Positions 17,447-26,709 of a stretch of DNA of 64,000 nt are shown one piece after another. This stretch comes from Gemmatimonadota bacterium (GTDB taxonomy: Bacteria > JAAXHH01). The stretch spans positions 15,387 to 79,386 of the forward strand of contig JAPPBT010000005.1 of the NCBI GenBank assembly GCA_026702745.1, read 5' to 3'. The notes beneath the pieces are model-generated. The model made no database searches. It was given only the letters and a program-made list of their open reading frames with translations, and was not told the DNA's origin. A program made the translations under genes and the position numbers. Numbering within the stretch: position 1 is the stretch's first letter; each line of letters opens with the position of its first letter.

Positions 17447-19552
17447 CTAGTCGTGGTACATCCGCCGGAAGGCGTTCAAGTCCCCGGGATCGCCGATGAC
17501 GGTCAGCAGATCGCCCGACTTGATCACGGTGTCGCCCGAGGGGACGATCACCTCGTCGAACTGGCGTATCCACACGATCCGGCATCCCCCCGGGATTTCC
17601 ATTTCCGAAACAGGCACTCCAATCAGGCCGCTCGCGGGCGACTGGGGAAGGACCGGGACGGTCAGGTACCGGTCACTTCGCAGGAAGATGTCGCGAAGGG
17701 CGTGTTCGTCGACCGCGGCGATCCACACCAGGCCGAAGTTTACGTCGTCGGTCCGTTCCGCGATCCGGGCCAGCATGCGCAAATGCAGTGAGGTGTGCTC
17801 CGCGGGGCTGACCAGGAAGAAAAACGCGTGGATTTCGTCGGAATTCAATTTGCCGGTCACGGGGTTTACATAGTCTACCTGCACGCCCTCGAATGCGCGG
17901 ACGAGTACCAGTTCCGGCAGGGCGATACCCGGCATGCGAAAATGGCGCAACATCACGCCGTCGGCAACCGGTGTCCCGCCCGCAGGTGTCCCGCCCGCAG
18001 GTGTCCCGCCCGCATCGGTCTTCTGCATAAATCTGTCTTTGATTTCACCCATTGAAAGCCCCACCCGTGGCGACAGCTTTTCCGATGCGACGGCGAGCAC
18101 CCGATCGAAATCGACTTCCTCTTCGAAATCGACCGGCTGGCACCGGGTGATCATGTCTTCAAAGGGGTCTTCGTCCCGAAGCCCTTTTTCCTTCAGGATC
18201 CCGCGCAGTTCCCGGTCCAGCCCCTGGTAGCGCGACCGGCCGAGCCGTTCGAATATGTGGTAGATCGCGCCGTTGCGGTCCGCCCTGAACCGTGCGTAGT
18301 AGAAGTACCACAGGGTCCCGGCGGCGATGAAGCCGACGATGAACAGGATGGCGGGCCAACCCATCTGCCAGATCACCAGGAAGGGCAGTATCATGCCCGC
18401 GATGTGCATCCAGGGGTACCAGGGCGAGCGGTATCCCGGGTCGTACTCGGCGATGCGGCTTTCGCGCATCACGACGACTGCGAGGCACACGACGGCGAAT
18501 ACGACGAGTTGAAAGGCGCTTGCCAGCTTGGCAATGCCCACGGGGTCGAGGGTCAGCAGGATGAAGAGGATGCTGCCCACGGTAACGATCAGCGAGCGGA
18601 CGGGAACGCCCTTGGCGGTTACCTGGCTCATTCCGACGGGCAGCAGGCGGTCCCGGCTCATGGCCAGCGGATAGCGGGAAGCGCTCAGGATGCCCGCGTT
18701 CGCCACGGAGACGAAGGCGAGCAGGGCCGCCACGGAGAGGAGTACATTCCCCCACCAGCCGTACAGGATGCCGGCCGCCGTCGCCGCCGGAGTCAGGTCA
18801 CCCGCCAGGCGTTCGATGGGAATGACACCTACCATGACTGTCGTACCGAGCGCGTACACTGCGATGGCAGTGGCCAGGGCCAGGAATACGCCCCGGGGTA
18901 GCGTCTTTTCCGGTTTCTCGATCTCTTCCGCGAGACTCGCGACCTTGGTCACACCTACGTAGCTGATGTAGACCAGTCCCGCCGTCCCCATGAGCGTGGT
19001 AATCTCGACGTCGAAAAGGCCCTCGAACGCGACGGCATCCAGCGCCGGGACCCCGCCGCCGATAAAACCGGCCAGCAGCAGGAGCAGGGCCATCACCAGG
19101 TAGATCTGCAGGCGGCCGCTCTTCGCGGTGCCGAAGAAGTTCACCGCGCCGAGACCCGCCGCCAGCGCCAGGGCCACGGGCAGCTGGGGCAGGCCCGGGA
19201 AGAAAAGGGCGATGTAGGCGCCCATGCCCACCAGCGCGAAGGTGACCTTGAGGATAAGCGCCAGCCAGGTCCCGATCCCCGTGATCAGCCCGGCGAAAGG
19301 TCCGAGGGACCGGTCGACGAAGTAGTACACGCCGCCTGCGCGGGGCATGGCGGTGGCCAGTTCCACGACGCAGAGCATGGCCGGTATGAGGGGAAGGGTC
19401 GCCAGCAGGTAGGCCAGCACCAGGGAAGGACCGGCCTCCATCGCCGCAAGGCCCGGCAGTAGAAAGAAGCCCGCGCTAAGCGTCGTTCCCGTCGCGACGG
19501 CATAGACTTCGAAGAACCGAAGTTCCTTCCGCAAGCGCTGTTGTTTCGCCAT
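17447..19552 (-). CDS. APC-family amino acid permease fused to a PTS EIIA-like domain and an RCK_C (TrkA-C) domain
   Basis: Multi-TM N-terminus (SAGFFLLPG, SYVGVTKVASLAEE); C-terminal HLRMLARIA EIIA-like segment; IVPSGDTVIKSGDLLTVIG TrkA-C; in-frame 15-bp repeat encoding AGGTP x3. Confidence 0.85.
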   Translation of the reverse strand: MAKQQRLRKELRFFEVYAVATGTTLSAGFFLLPGLAAMEAGPSLVLAYLLATLPLIPAMLCVVELATAMPRAGGVYYFVDRSLGPFAGLITGIGTWLALILKVTFALVGMGAYIALFFPGLPQLPVALALAAGLGAVNFFGTAKSGRLQIYLVMALLLLLAGFIGGGVPALDAVAFEGLFDVEITTLMGTAGLVYISYVGVTKVASLAEEIEKPEKTLPRGVFLALATAIAVYALGTTVMVGVIPIERLAGDLTPAATAAGILYGWWGNVLLSVAALLAFVSVANAGILSASRYPLAMSRDRLLPVGMSQVTAKGVPVRSLIVTVGSILFILLTLDPVGIAKLASAFQLVVFAVVCLAVVVMRESRIAEYDPGYRSPWYPWMHIAGMILPFLVIWQMGWPAILFIVGFIAAGTLWYFYYARFRADRNGAIYHIFERLGRSRYQGLDRELRGILKEKGLRDEDPFEDMITRCQPVDFEEEVDFDRVLAVASEKLSPRVGLSMGEIKDRFMQKTDAGGTPAGGTPAGGTPVADGVMLRHFRMPGIALPELVLVRAFEGVQVDYVNPVTGKLNSDEIHAFFFLVSPAEHTSLHLRMLARIAERTDDVNFGLVWIAAVDEHALRDIFLRSDRYLTVPVLPQSPASGLIGVPVSEMEIPGGCRIVWIRQFDEVIVPSGDTVIKSGDLLTVIGDPGDLNAFRRMYHD

Positions 19553-19564
19553 GTCGGTGCCGAT

Positions 19565-19634
19565 CTACTGCAGGGGTGTTTACTGCAGGGCATTCTACTG
19601 CAGGGCATTCTACTGCAGGGCATTCTACTGCAGC
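19565..19634. repeat. 15-bp tandem repeat (CTACTGCAGGGCATT-like, about 5 units) derived from the 3' end and stop codon of the NIPSNAP gene
   Basis: Read directly; the unit at 19625 carries the TAG stop on the minus strand. Confidence 0.9.
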
Positions 19635-19951
19635 GGTGAGAAGGGAACCGGCGTCAGGATCCGGTTGGCCACCTCGGCGACCAGCGCGCCGTTCCTTTCG
19701 CTTTCGGCCTTGGCCTTGATCCATGCGGGGTCGGCCATGAAAGCCGCCCAGGCCCGATCGCGGTGGTTCGCGTCATCAAAGGCCAGCAGGTAGGTGAGCT
19801 CGTGGTTGCTCGGGCCCACCGCGGTCTGCCAGAAACCGACCAGCTTCATGCCGTGTTTCTCGAAGAGGGGCACGGCGTGGTTCGTGAACCGGTCCAGGAC
19901 ATCCGGCACGCGGCCGGGCATGATTTTGTAAATCCGTTCTTCGTAGATCAT
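19625..19951 (-). CDS. NIPSNAP family protein
   Basis: MIYEERIYKIMPGR...LVGFWQTAVG...RDRAWAAFMADPAW; start reassigned to 19951. Confidence 0.9.
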   Translation of the reverse strand: MIYEERIYKIMPGRVPDVLDRFTNHAVPLFEKHGMKLVGFWQTAVGPSNHELTYLLAFDDANHRDRAWAAFMADPAWIKAKAESERNGALVAEVANRILTPVPFSPLQ

Positions 19952-20034
19952 ATTGGGGTCTCCCACGGCGGCGACTCGACGTGCCTGCCCGATCATTCAG
20001 TGCCGGGCGGTCAGGGGTCGGGCGAACTGCGGTT

Positions 20035-21180
20035 TCAGTCCAGGCCGGCCAGGCACGCGCCGCGCGCCACGTCGAATCCCTGGCGGCGCAGGTACTGTTC
20101 CAGGCCGACGAGGAAGGGCGTCACGGCCTCCAGGTTGGCGTTGTGCGCCATGTGGCCCACGCGTACAGAACGGTTCACGTAGTCGCCCAGGCCCAGGCCG
20201 ACATGCATGCCGTATTCGGCCTTCATGAAATCGGAGAAGGCGGTGGGCTTGAACCGGTCTTCCGACAGGATGACCGTCATGTTGACACAGGCGGCCCGTT
20301 CCTCGGCCATGACCTTGAGGCCCATCGCGCGCACGCCTTCCCGCACCACGCGGGAGACCTTGCGGTGCCGGGTCCAGCAGGCCTCGAGTCCCTCTTCCAG
20401 GATGTCGTCCGTGCTGCGGATCAGCGCGACGAAGTTGTTGACGGGCATGGTGCCGGGATGGGGATGGACGTCGGCCTGGGTCTCGGCGAAGTGGCGCAGG
20501 TTCTGCAGGTCGGTCATGAACCCGCGGGGCTCCCGCCGGTCCTTCATGGCGTCCCAGGCCCGGTCGCTCACGGCCACGAGGGCCAGGCCCGGTGGCGCGC
20601 CCAGGGCCTTCTGGGAGGCGCAAACCGTGACGTCGATGTCCCAGGCGTCCATCAGATACTGCTCGCCGCCCAGGGACGCGATGGTGTCCACCAGGACGAG
20701 CATCCCGTGTTCCCGGGCGGCGGCGGCCAGTTCGTGTACCGGGTTGGCCACGCCCGTCGACGTTTCCCCGTGCACCATGAAGACCGCCTTCAGGCCTGGA
20801 TTCGCCGCGGCGGCCTCGTGGATGTCCGCAGCCTCGAAGGGCACGCCCCATGGCTTTTCCAATACCACCGAATCCAGCCCGAAAGCCCTGGCGAGGTCGT
20901 CCAGGCGCTTACCGAAGAGCCCATTGTCGAGTGTCAGGATCCGGTCGCCCGGATTGAACAGGCTGTTCATGACCACGTCGTTGGCCGTGTGGCCCGACCC
21001 CACGAGCGGAAAAACATCGCCTTCCGTCCCGATCACGCGCTGGAGATTGGATACGGTCTTCCGCCAGGTTTCAACCCATCGGTCGCCGTAGTGGGCGGTG
21101 AGGGGATCGCTCATGTGGGCGAGCACGTCGGGGCTGACTTCGATGGGGCCGGGGATCATCAGACGGTAGTGTTTGCGCAT
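20035..21180 (-). CDS. Alanine--glyoxylate aminotransferase-like class V PLP enzyme
   Basis: LMIPGP, VHGETSTGV, VDTIASLGG, ASQKALGAPPG. Confidence 0.9.
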   Translation of the reverse strand: MRKHYRLMIPGPIEVSPDVLAHMSDPLTAHYGDRWVETWRKTVSNLQRVIGTEGDVFPLVGSGHTANDVVMNSLFNPGDRILTLDNGLFGKRLDDLARAFGLDSVVLEKPWGVPFEAADIHEAAAANPGLKAVFMVHGETSTGVANPVHELAAAAREHGMLVLVDTIASLGGEQYLMDAWDIDVTVCASQKALGAPPGLALVAVSDRAWDAMKDRREPRGFMTDLQNLRHFAETQADVHPHPGTMPVNNFVALIRSTDDILEEGLEACWTRHRKVSRVVREGVRAMGLKVMAEERAACVNMTVILSEDRFKPTAFSDFMKAEYGMHVGLGLGDYVNRSVRVGHMAHNANLEAVTPFLVGLEQYLRRQGFDVARGACLAGLD

Positions 21181-21467
21181 GGAGGTTACCTGTGGATATG
21201 GAGCATCAAATGAGTTCAGTCGTCGTTTCCTGATTCGTTTCCTGGCGGTCGAAATATCGTTCGAATATACGGCAACACGACAGGTGGATCAACAGAGAAA
21301 AACTGAAGGCAAACGGGGTGTCCGCCGTATCTTAAAATAGTGTGTTTTGTGACCTTTCGCAGGTTGCCGGATATACATTGGCCTTGACGCGGACGGGATG
21401 CTCACCTTTATTACTTCAGTCTGTACCTACTAGCGGTATCGCCCCCATAAGCATGAGGTTTCGATAA

Positions 21468-23240
21468 ATGAACCATCGATTCAAAACCCTGGTCGTTCTG
21501 TGCGGCTTCATTCTGCTGTCCACCACCGTTCAAACTTCCCATGCGGCCTCGCGCAAGCCTGTGGTCGGCGAGAAGGGCATGGCGGTGGCCGTCGAACCCC
21601 TGGCCACGCAGATCGCCGCGGACATCCTCAAGAAGGGCGGTAACGCGGTGGACGCGGCCGTGGGACTGGGGCTGGCCCTGGCGGTGACCCATCCTTCCGC
21701 CGGCAACATCGGCGGCGGGGGCTTCATGGTCATCCGTCTGGCGGACGGAACGGCCGTTGCCGTCGACTATCGGGAGAAGGCACCCGGGAAGGCCCATGCC
21801 GGGATGTACCTGGATCCGGACGGCAACCGGGCCGTGAACCCTAACATCGTCCTCACCCGTGGCGACGGCACCCCCTACCATCCCTTTACCAACCGGATCC
21901 ACCACCTGGCCATCGGCGTGCCGGGCACCGTCGCGGGATTCGCCCTGGCCCTCGAGAAGTACGGCACCATGTCTATGGCTGAGGTCGTCCAACCCGCCAT
22001 CGATCTCGCCGAGAACGGTTTTATCCTGACCGAACGCATCGCCCGGGGATTGAACGGCCGCAAGGTAATCTTCGACCAGATCCCCGCGAGCAAGGCAGCC
22101 ATGCTCCGCAGCGACGGCGAGGCCTGGAAGGAAGGCGACCGCTGGATCCAGAAAGACCTGGCGGAGACCCTGAAGCTTATCGCACAACACGGTCACGATG
22201 GCTTTTACAAGGGCAGGACCGCCGAGCTGATCGAGAAGGACATGATGGCCGGCGGCGGCATGATCGACCGGACCGACCTGGCCAACTACCAGGCGATCGT
22301 CAGGGAACCCATACGCAACACCTACCGCGGGGAATACGAGATCATCTCCATGCCCCCGCCGAGTTCGGGCGGCATCACCATGTCGCTGATGCTCAATATA
22401 CTCGAAGGGTACGACGTGAGCCGGATGGGGCACAACGCCTCCAACACCCTTCATGTCATGACCGAAGCCATGCGCCGGGCCTACGCCGACCGCGCCCGGC
22501 ACCTGGGAGACGCGGACTTCGTCGAGATTCCGGGACATCTCACGACGAAGGAGTACGCCGCGAAGCTTCGGGCCACGATCGATCCCTACTTCGCCACGCC
22601 CAGCGAGGAAGTGGGACCGGAACTGACCATGGCAGAGGAGCCCATGGAAACAACCCATTATTCCGTTGTTGACCAGTGGGGCAATGCCGTATCGAACACC
22701 TACACGCTTGAAGGCGGGTACGGCTCCCACATCGTCATCGCGGGAACAGGCATGATCACGAACAACGAGATGGGCGATTTCAATTACCAACCGGGGGTCA
22801 CCAGAAATACCGGACAGATCGGCACGCCGCCGAATCTCATCGAACCGAACAAGCGGATGCTGAGTTCGATGTCGCCGACCATCGTTACGCGCAACGGCGA
22901 ACTGTACCTGGTAGTGGGCAGCCCCGGGGGACGCACGATCATCAATACGACCATGCAGCTGATCCTGAATGTCGTCGATCACGGCATGAATATACAGGAA
23001 GCAGTCGACGCGCCGCGCATCCACCACCAGTGGTTCCCGGACTTCCTACGCGTGGAAGGCGGAGTGGGGACCGACGTCGTCGACGCCCTGAAGACGAAGG
23101 GGCACAGTCTCAGCAGTCGCGGATGGGGAGGCGGTTCATACCGCCAGGGAGATGGCCACAGCATCATGGTGGACCCCGATACCGGCGATCGCCTGGGCGC
23201 CCCGGACCCAAGGATCGAAGGCGCTGCATTCGGACATTAG
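21468..23240 (+). CDS. ggt: Gamma-glutamyltransferase with a signal peptide
   Basis: GGNAVDAAV, GNIGGGGFM, ETTHYSVVD (autocleavage Thr), RMLSSMSPT, GSPGG. Confidence 0.95.
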   Translation: MNHRFKTLVVLCGFILLSTTVQTSHAASRKPVVGEKGMAVAVEPLATQIAADILKKGGNAVDAAVGLGLALAVTHPSAGNIGGGGFMVIRLADGTAVAVDYREKAPGKAHAGMYLDPDGNRAVNPNIVLTRGDGTPYHPFTNRIHHLAIGVPGTVAGFALALEKYGTMSMAEVVQPAIDLAENGFILTERIARGLNGRKVIFDQIPASKAAMLRSDGEAWKEGDRWIQKDLAETLKLIAQHGHDGFYKGRTAELIEKDMMAGGGMIDRTDLANYQAIVREPIRNTYRGEYEIISMPPPSSGGITMSLMLNILEGYDVSRMGHNASNTLHVMTEAMRRAYADRARHLGDADFVEIPGHLTTKEYAAKLRATIDPYFATPSEEVGPELTMAEEPMETTHYSVVDQWGNAVSNTYTLEGGYGSHIVIAGTGMITNNEMGDFNYQPGVTRNTGQIGTPPNLIEPNKRMLSSMSPTIVTRNGELYLVVGSPGGRTIINTTMQLILNVVDHGMNIQEAVDAPRIHHQWFPDFLRVEGGVGTDVVDALKTKGHSLSSRGWGGGSYRQGDGHSIMVDPDTGDRLGAPDPRIEGAAFGH

Positions 23241-23315
23241 GCGAACGCGCCGGATGATTCCCGCTGGGATGATTCCCGTGGGAAACCCGGCCTCTCGCCT
23301 GCTGGAGCAGCCATA

Positions 23316-24335
23316 TTGAAGTTGTACGACCGTGACGCCGCGCAGGAACTGCGTCACCTTCTGGGCAGGTTCACCCGAGCGCCGGTGGCCCACCTGCCCA
23401 CTCCGCTACAGGACTGTCCTCGCCTCGGGGAGGCCCTCGGGGGCCCCCGCATATTCATCAAACGCGATGACATGACCGGACTGGCCATGGGCGGAAACAA
23501 GGCCCGCCAGTTCACCTACTCGCTGGGTCCCGCCCTCGAGACCGGGTGCGACTACCTGGTCCACGGCTCCGATTCCCAGTCCAACCAGTCCGCGCAGACC
23601 GCCGCAGCCGCCGCCCGGCTGGGCATGAAGTCCATCGTGGTCATCCCGCGGGACCACCGATCCTATCCCGTTTCCGGCAACCTGCTGCTCAACCACCTCA
23701 TGGCGGACCAGATCAAGTACGTCTTTCCGCTGACCGTGAAGGACGAGTTGAGGAAGCAGATCGAGGAACTGGAGTCGAAGGGATCGAAGGCATACGACAC
23801 GAGCAGCGACGGTGCGATCCTGCGTGCCGTGGCCTACGTCGATGCCGTTCTCGAACTGTGCGAACAACTCGCGCAGCGGAGCATTACGCCAAGGGCCATC
23901 TATACGAGTTCCATGACCCATACCATCGTCGGTCTGGTGGTCGGACTGCGCGCCGTCTCCGCCAGCTTCAAGGCCGTCGGGCTCAACTACTGGGTGGGAG
24001 ACGACCGGGAGATGCAGGAACGTCTCGCGCCCGTGGCCAACGAATGCGCCTCGGTCATCGGACTGAAACACACTTTCACACCGGACGATTTCGATGTCTC
24101 CTGCACGTTCGCCAAACCGGATTTCGGCGAACCGTCGCGAACCAGCCTCGAGACCATGCGCCTGGTGGCGCAGACCGAGGGCATCGTACTCGACCCGGTA
24201 TACACGGCCAAGGCCATGGACGGCCTGGCCATACACATCCGCGAGGGGCGGTTCCAGACGGACGAATCCGTCGTATTCCTTCACACGGGAGGAACGCCCG
24301 CCGTATTCGCTTATGGAGACGAGCTCTTCGGTTGA
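23316..24335 (+). CDS. D-cysteine desulfhydrase / ACC deaminase family PLP enzyme
   Basis: PTPL, IKRDDMTGLAMGGNKAR, LDPVYTAKA, FLHTGG; TTG start. Confidence 0.88.
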   Translation: MKLYDRDAAQELRHLLGRFTRAPVAHLPTPLQDCPRLGEALGGPRIFIKRDDMTGLAMGGNKARQFTYSLGPALETGCDYLVHGSDSQSNQSAQTAAAAARLGMKSIVVIPRDHRSYPVSGNLLLNHLMADQIKYVFPLTVKDELRKQIEELESKGSKAYDTSSDGAILRAVAYVDAVLELCEQLAQRSITPRAIYTSSMTHTIVGLVVGLRAVSASFKAVGLNYWVGDDREMQERLAPVANECASVIGLKHTFTPDDFDVSCTFAKPDFGEPSRTSLETMRLVAQTEGIVLDPVYTAKAMDGLAIHIREGRFQTDESVVFLHTGGTPAVFAYGDELFG

Positions 24336-24447
24336 GCCGCTCCGGTTGGATCCACCAACCCATTCACGAGAGGTTATATCTATTTTGTTTCGCAGATCAT
24401 CCAGGACGTCACGAACGTCCAAGACAGGCAGCAAGGAGCAGGCCGTC

Positions 24448-26274
24448 CTGACCAGACGGGTTACCAGAGACCGGATACACCAGGTATTCGGGCCGAACGT
24501 CTCGCCGGCCATTACGGTGAGCCGCGGCGAAACCGTCGTAGTGGAAACGCAGGACTGCTACCGGGGCCTCCTTACGAAAGAACCCCGAACCGATGGAGAG
24601 GACGGCCGGTCCGGGGGTATACCCGTAACCGGTCCGATCTACGTGGAAGAAGCCAGCATCGGCGATGTACTGTCGATCCAGGTCAAGCAGATCGAGACGG
24701 CCGGTACCGGCGTGTTCGCCGTGCGGCCGGAGACGGGCGTTCCCGGTCAGGATATCAAGAAACCGGAGGTGCGCGTCCTCGAAGTCAACGAGAACCAGGT
24801 CCACCTGGACGACCGGCTCAAGCTGCCGCTTCACCCGGTGATCGGGAGCATGGGCGTGGCGGCCAAGCACGGGGAAATCGATACCGTCTACCCGGGCCGG
24901 CACGGCGGAAACATGGACACCCTGGAAATCACGACCGGGTCCCGAGTCTACCTCCCCGTGCAGGTCAACGGCGCCCTGTTGTCGCTGGGCGATGTGAAGG
25001 CCTGCGTGGGAGACGGACAGATCGCCGGTTCCGGCGTGGAAGTTGAAGCGGAGGTCACCCTGCGGGTGGACACGCTGCCGGGCGGCCGGTTCTCCTGGCC
25101 CCGGGTCGAATCGAAGGGCGAATGGATCACCATCACGTCCGCGTCCACGGTAGACCAGGCGGCGCGGTTGGCGATCACGGAAATGGTAAAGTGGATCTCG
25201 CAGGACAAGGGGCTCGACTTCGATACGGCCTACGCGCTGGTCAGCCTGGGTGGCAGCCTGCGTGTCAGCCAGTGGGGGAATCCGCTCACTACCGCGCGCA
25301 TGGTCTTTCCCAAGCGCCTGATCAACAAGCTCAAATCGGTGCCCGCCGCATCCGGCCGACTGAATTACCGGGTGCTGCCGCCCGCGGCCAATGGCGACGC
25401 CGCGTCTGATACCGTGGCGGCCGAAGCGGAACAACCCGCGGCCCGTTCATCCCGCAAATCCGGTTCAGGACGTTCGCAGCGAGGATCGGGCAGGTCCCGG
25501 CAATCCGGCGGCCGTCGGGGAACGCGTCAGAAGTCAAACGGGACGCCGGCTCCCGCGAGCGGCGAAAACGATCAGCAGGTCGCAGCCAAAGACGACCGGA
25601 AGGATGCCGCCCAGGAGGACCAGCAGGTCACAGCCGGGGACGACCAGCAGGTCACAGCCAAAGACGACCGGAAGGACGTAGCCGGGGACGATCAGCAGAC
25701 CGCGGCCGAGGTAGCCAGGAAGGACACGGTCAAAGTGGACCGGAAGGACGGTACCAAAGAGAGCCGACGAGCTACGGCCGAGGGCGAGGGGAAGGTCGAC
25801 GCGCAGGTAGACCAGCAAGTCGAGGCTACAGAAGGTCCAAAGGACGCGGACGGGGACGACAGGCAAGCGGCGGCCCAGGACGGCCCTGAGGACGCGGCCA
25901 GGGACGATCAGCAGGTCGCGGCTACAGAAAAACGGCCGGGTTCGGCCAGAAGAAAGCGTGGCGGAAAGGCAAGCCCGGGTGCCGCGCGAGGCAATGGTCA
26001 CCGGCGGACCCGGGGCAGATCCGCCAAAAAAGACGAAACGGACTCACAAAAGGATCCATCACCGGCGCAATCGGACGCCGGATCCGTCCCGGTGGAACCC
26101 GCTACGGCGGCCCGCGACGGAAAGGATGCCGTAACGGAATCGGCGGAAAACCCCGCGAAAGCCACGGATTCCCGCAAGGAGACGCAGCAGGCCGCAGACG
26201 AGACCGCTCAGGATACCGCTCCCCCCAAGCCCACGTTCGGAAGGAGGCAGCGTCGAGCGGTCCGCCGCTCGTAA
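24448..26274 (+). CDS. Acetamidase/formamidase-like domain with a long low-complexity C-terminal tail (start codon uncertain)
   Basis: HGGNMD and LSLGDVKACVGDGQ; roughly 280-aa tail with DDQQV/DDRKD repeats; AAGGAG at 24433 precedes an in-frame CTG at 24448. Confidence 0.75.
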   Translation: MTRRVTRDRIHQVFGPNVSPAITVSRGETVVVETQDCYRGLLTKEPRTDGEDGRSGGIPVTGPIYVEEASIGDVLSIQVKQIETAGTGVFAVRPETGVPGQDIKKPEVRVLEVNENQVHLDDRLKLPLHPVIGSMGVAAKHGEIDTVYPGRHGGNMDTLEITTGSRVYLPVQVNGALLSLGDVKACVGDGQIAGSGVEVEAEVTLRVDTLPGGRFSWPRVESKGEWITITSASTVDQAARLAITEMVKWISQDKGLDFDTAYALVSLGGSLRVSQWGNPLTTARMVFPKRLINKLKSVPAASGRLNYRVLPPAANGDAASDTVAAEAEQPAARSSRKSGSGRSQRGSGRSRQSGGRRGTRQKSNGTPAPASGENDQQVAAKDDRKDAAQEDQQVTAGDDQQVTAKDDRKDVAGDDQQTAAEVARKDTVKVDRKDGTKESRRATAEGEGKVDAQVDQQVEATEGPKDADGDDRQAAAQDGPEDAARDDQQVAATEKRPGSARRKRGGKASPGAARGNGHRRTRGRSAKKDETDSQKDPSPAQSDAGSVPVEPATAARDGKDAVTESAENPAKATDSRKETQQAADETAQDTAPPKPTFGRRQRRAVRRS

Positions 26275-26276
26275 GA

Positions 26277-26666
26277 TCAGGGGCGTTTCGATTCGACGTC
26301 GATCCGGATTTCTGTCTCGAAAGCGGTGCTGAAATCGAAAACCTCGTCGAAGTCTTCGATGGAGTCTTCCTCGGTCTTGCGCAGTAGTCCCTCGTTGACG
26401 AGATTGAATACGATATCGCCGAAGTGCCGGGTTTTCGAGATGTTCCACTCGTCGAAGACCAGCTTCGCCGCGATGCCGAACCGCTCGAGGGCCAGATCCC
26501 GGATTCCGAGGGAGAGTTCCTTGCCCGTGATGTGCCTGCGGACGGTCAGTTTTTCCACGGTGAAGGAAACCGCCTCCATGACGAAGAGGTAAGCCCGCCG
26601 GGGATATCGGACGTCCTTTTCCAGGATGCAGTCGAGTACTTCCTGGGGATCTTTCTCTTCCGACAC
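26277..26666 (-). CDS. Minf_1886-like conserved hypothetical protein
   Basis: RYPRRAYLFVMEAV, HITGKELS, FGDIVFNLVNEGLL, EEDSIEDFDEVFDF resemble this PVC-type family (recognised from memory). Confidence 0.7.
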   Translation of the reverse strand: MSEEKDPQEVLDCILEKDVRYPRRAYLFVMEAVSFTVEKLTVRRHITGKELSLGIRDLALERFGIAAKLVFDEWNISKTRHFGDIVFNLVNEGLLRKTEEDSIEDFDEVFDFSTAFETEIRIDVESKRP

Positions 26667-26709
26667 GTCACACCTCCGTCAATCGTACCTCGTCACCTGT
26701 ACCGTTCGG

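Noticed and set aside
17365-17449. 12-bp direct repeat CTACGTGCCCTA at the ends of two convergent genes as a target-site duplication
   Set aside because: Only about 60 bp lie between the copies, with no element features; it is more likely another local duplication or chance.
21411-23027. Long antisense ORFs (for example 21411..23027, 27133..28815, 45254..46294, 46740..48416, 54086..56620)
   Set aside because: They are shadow frames opposite well-supported genes in GC-rich DNA and have no recognisable motifs.
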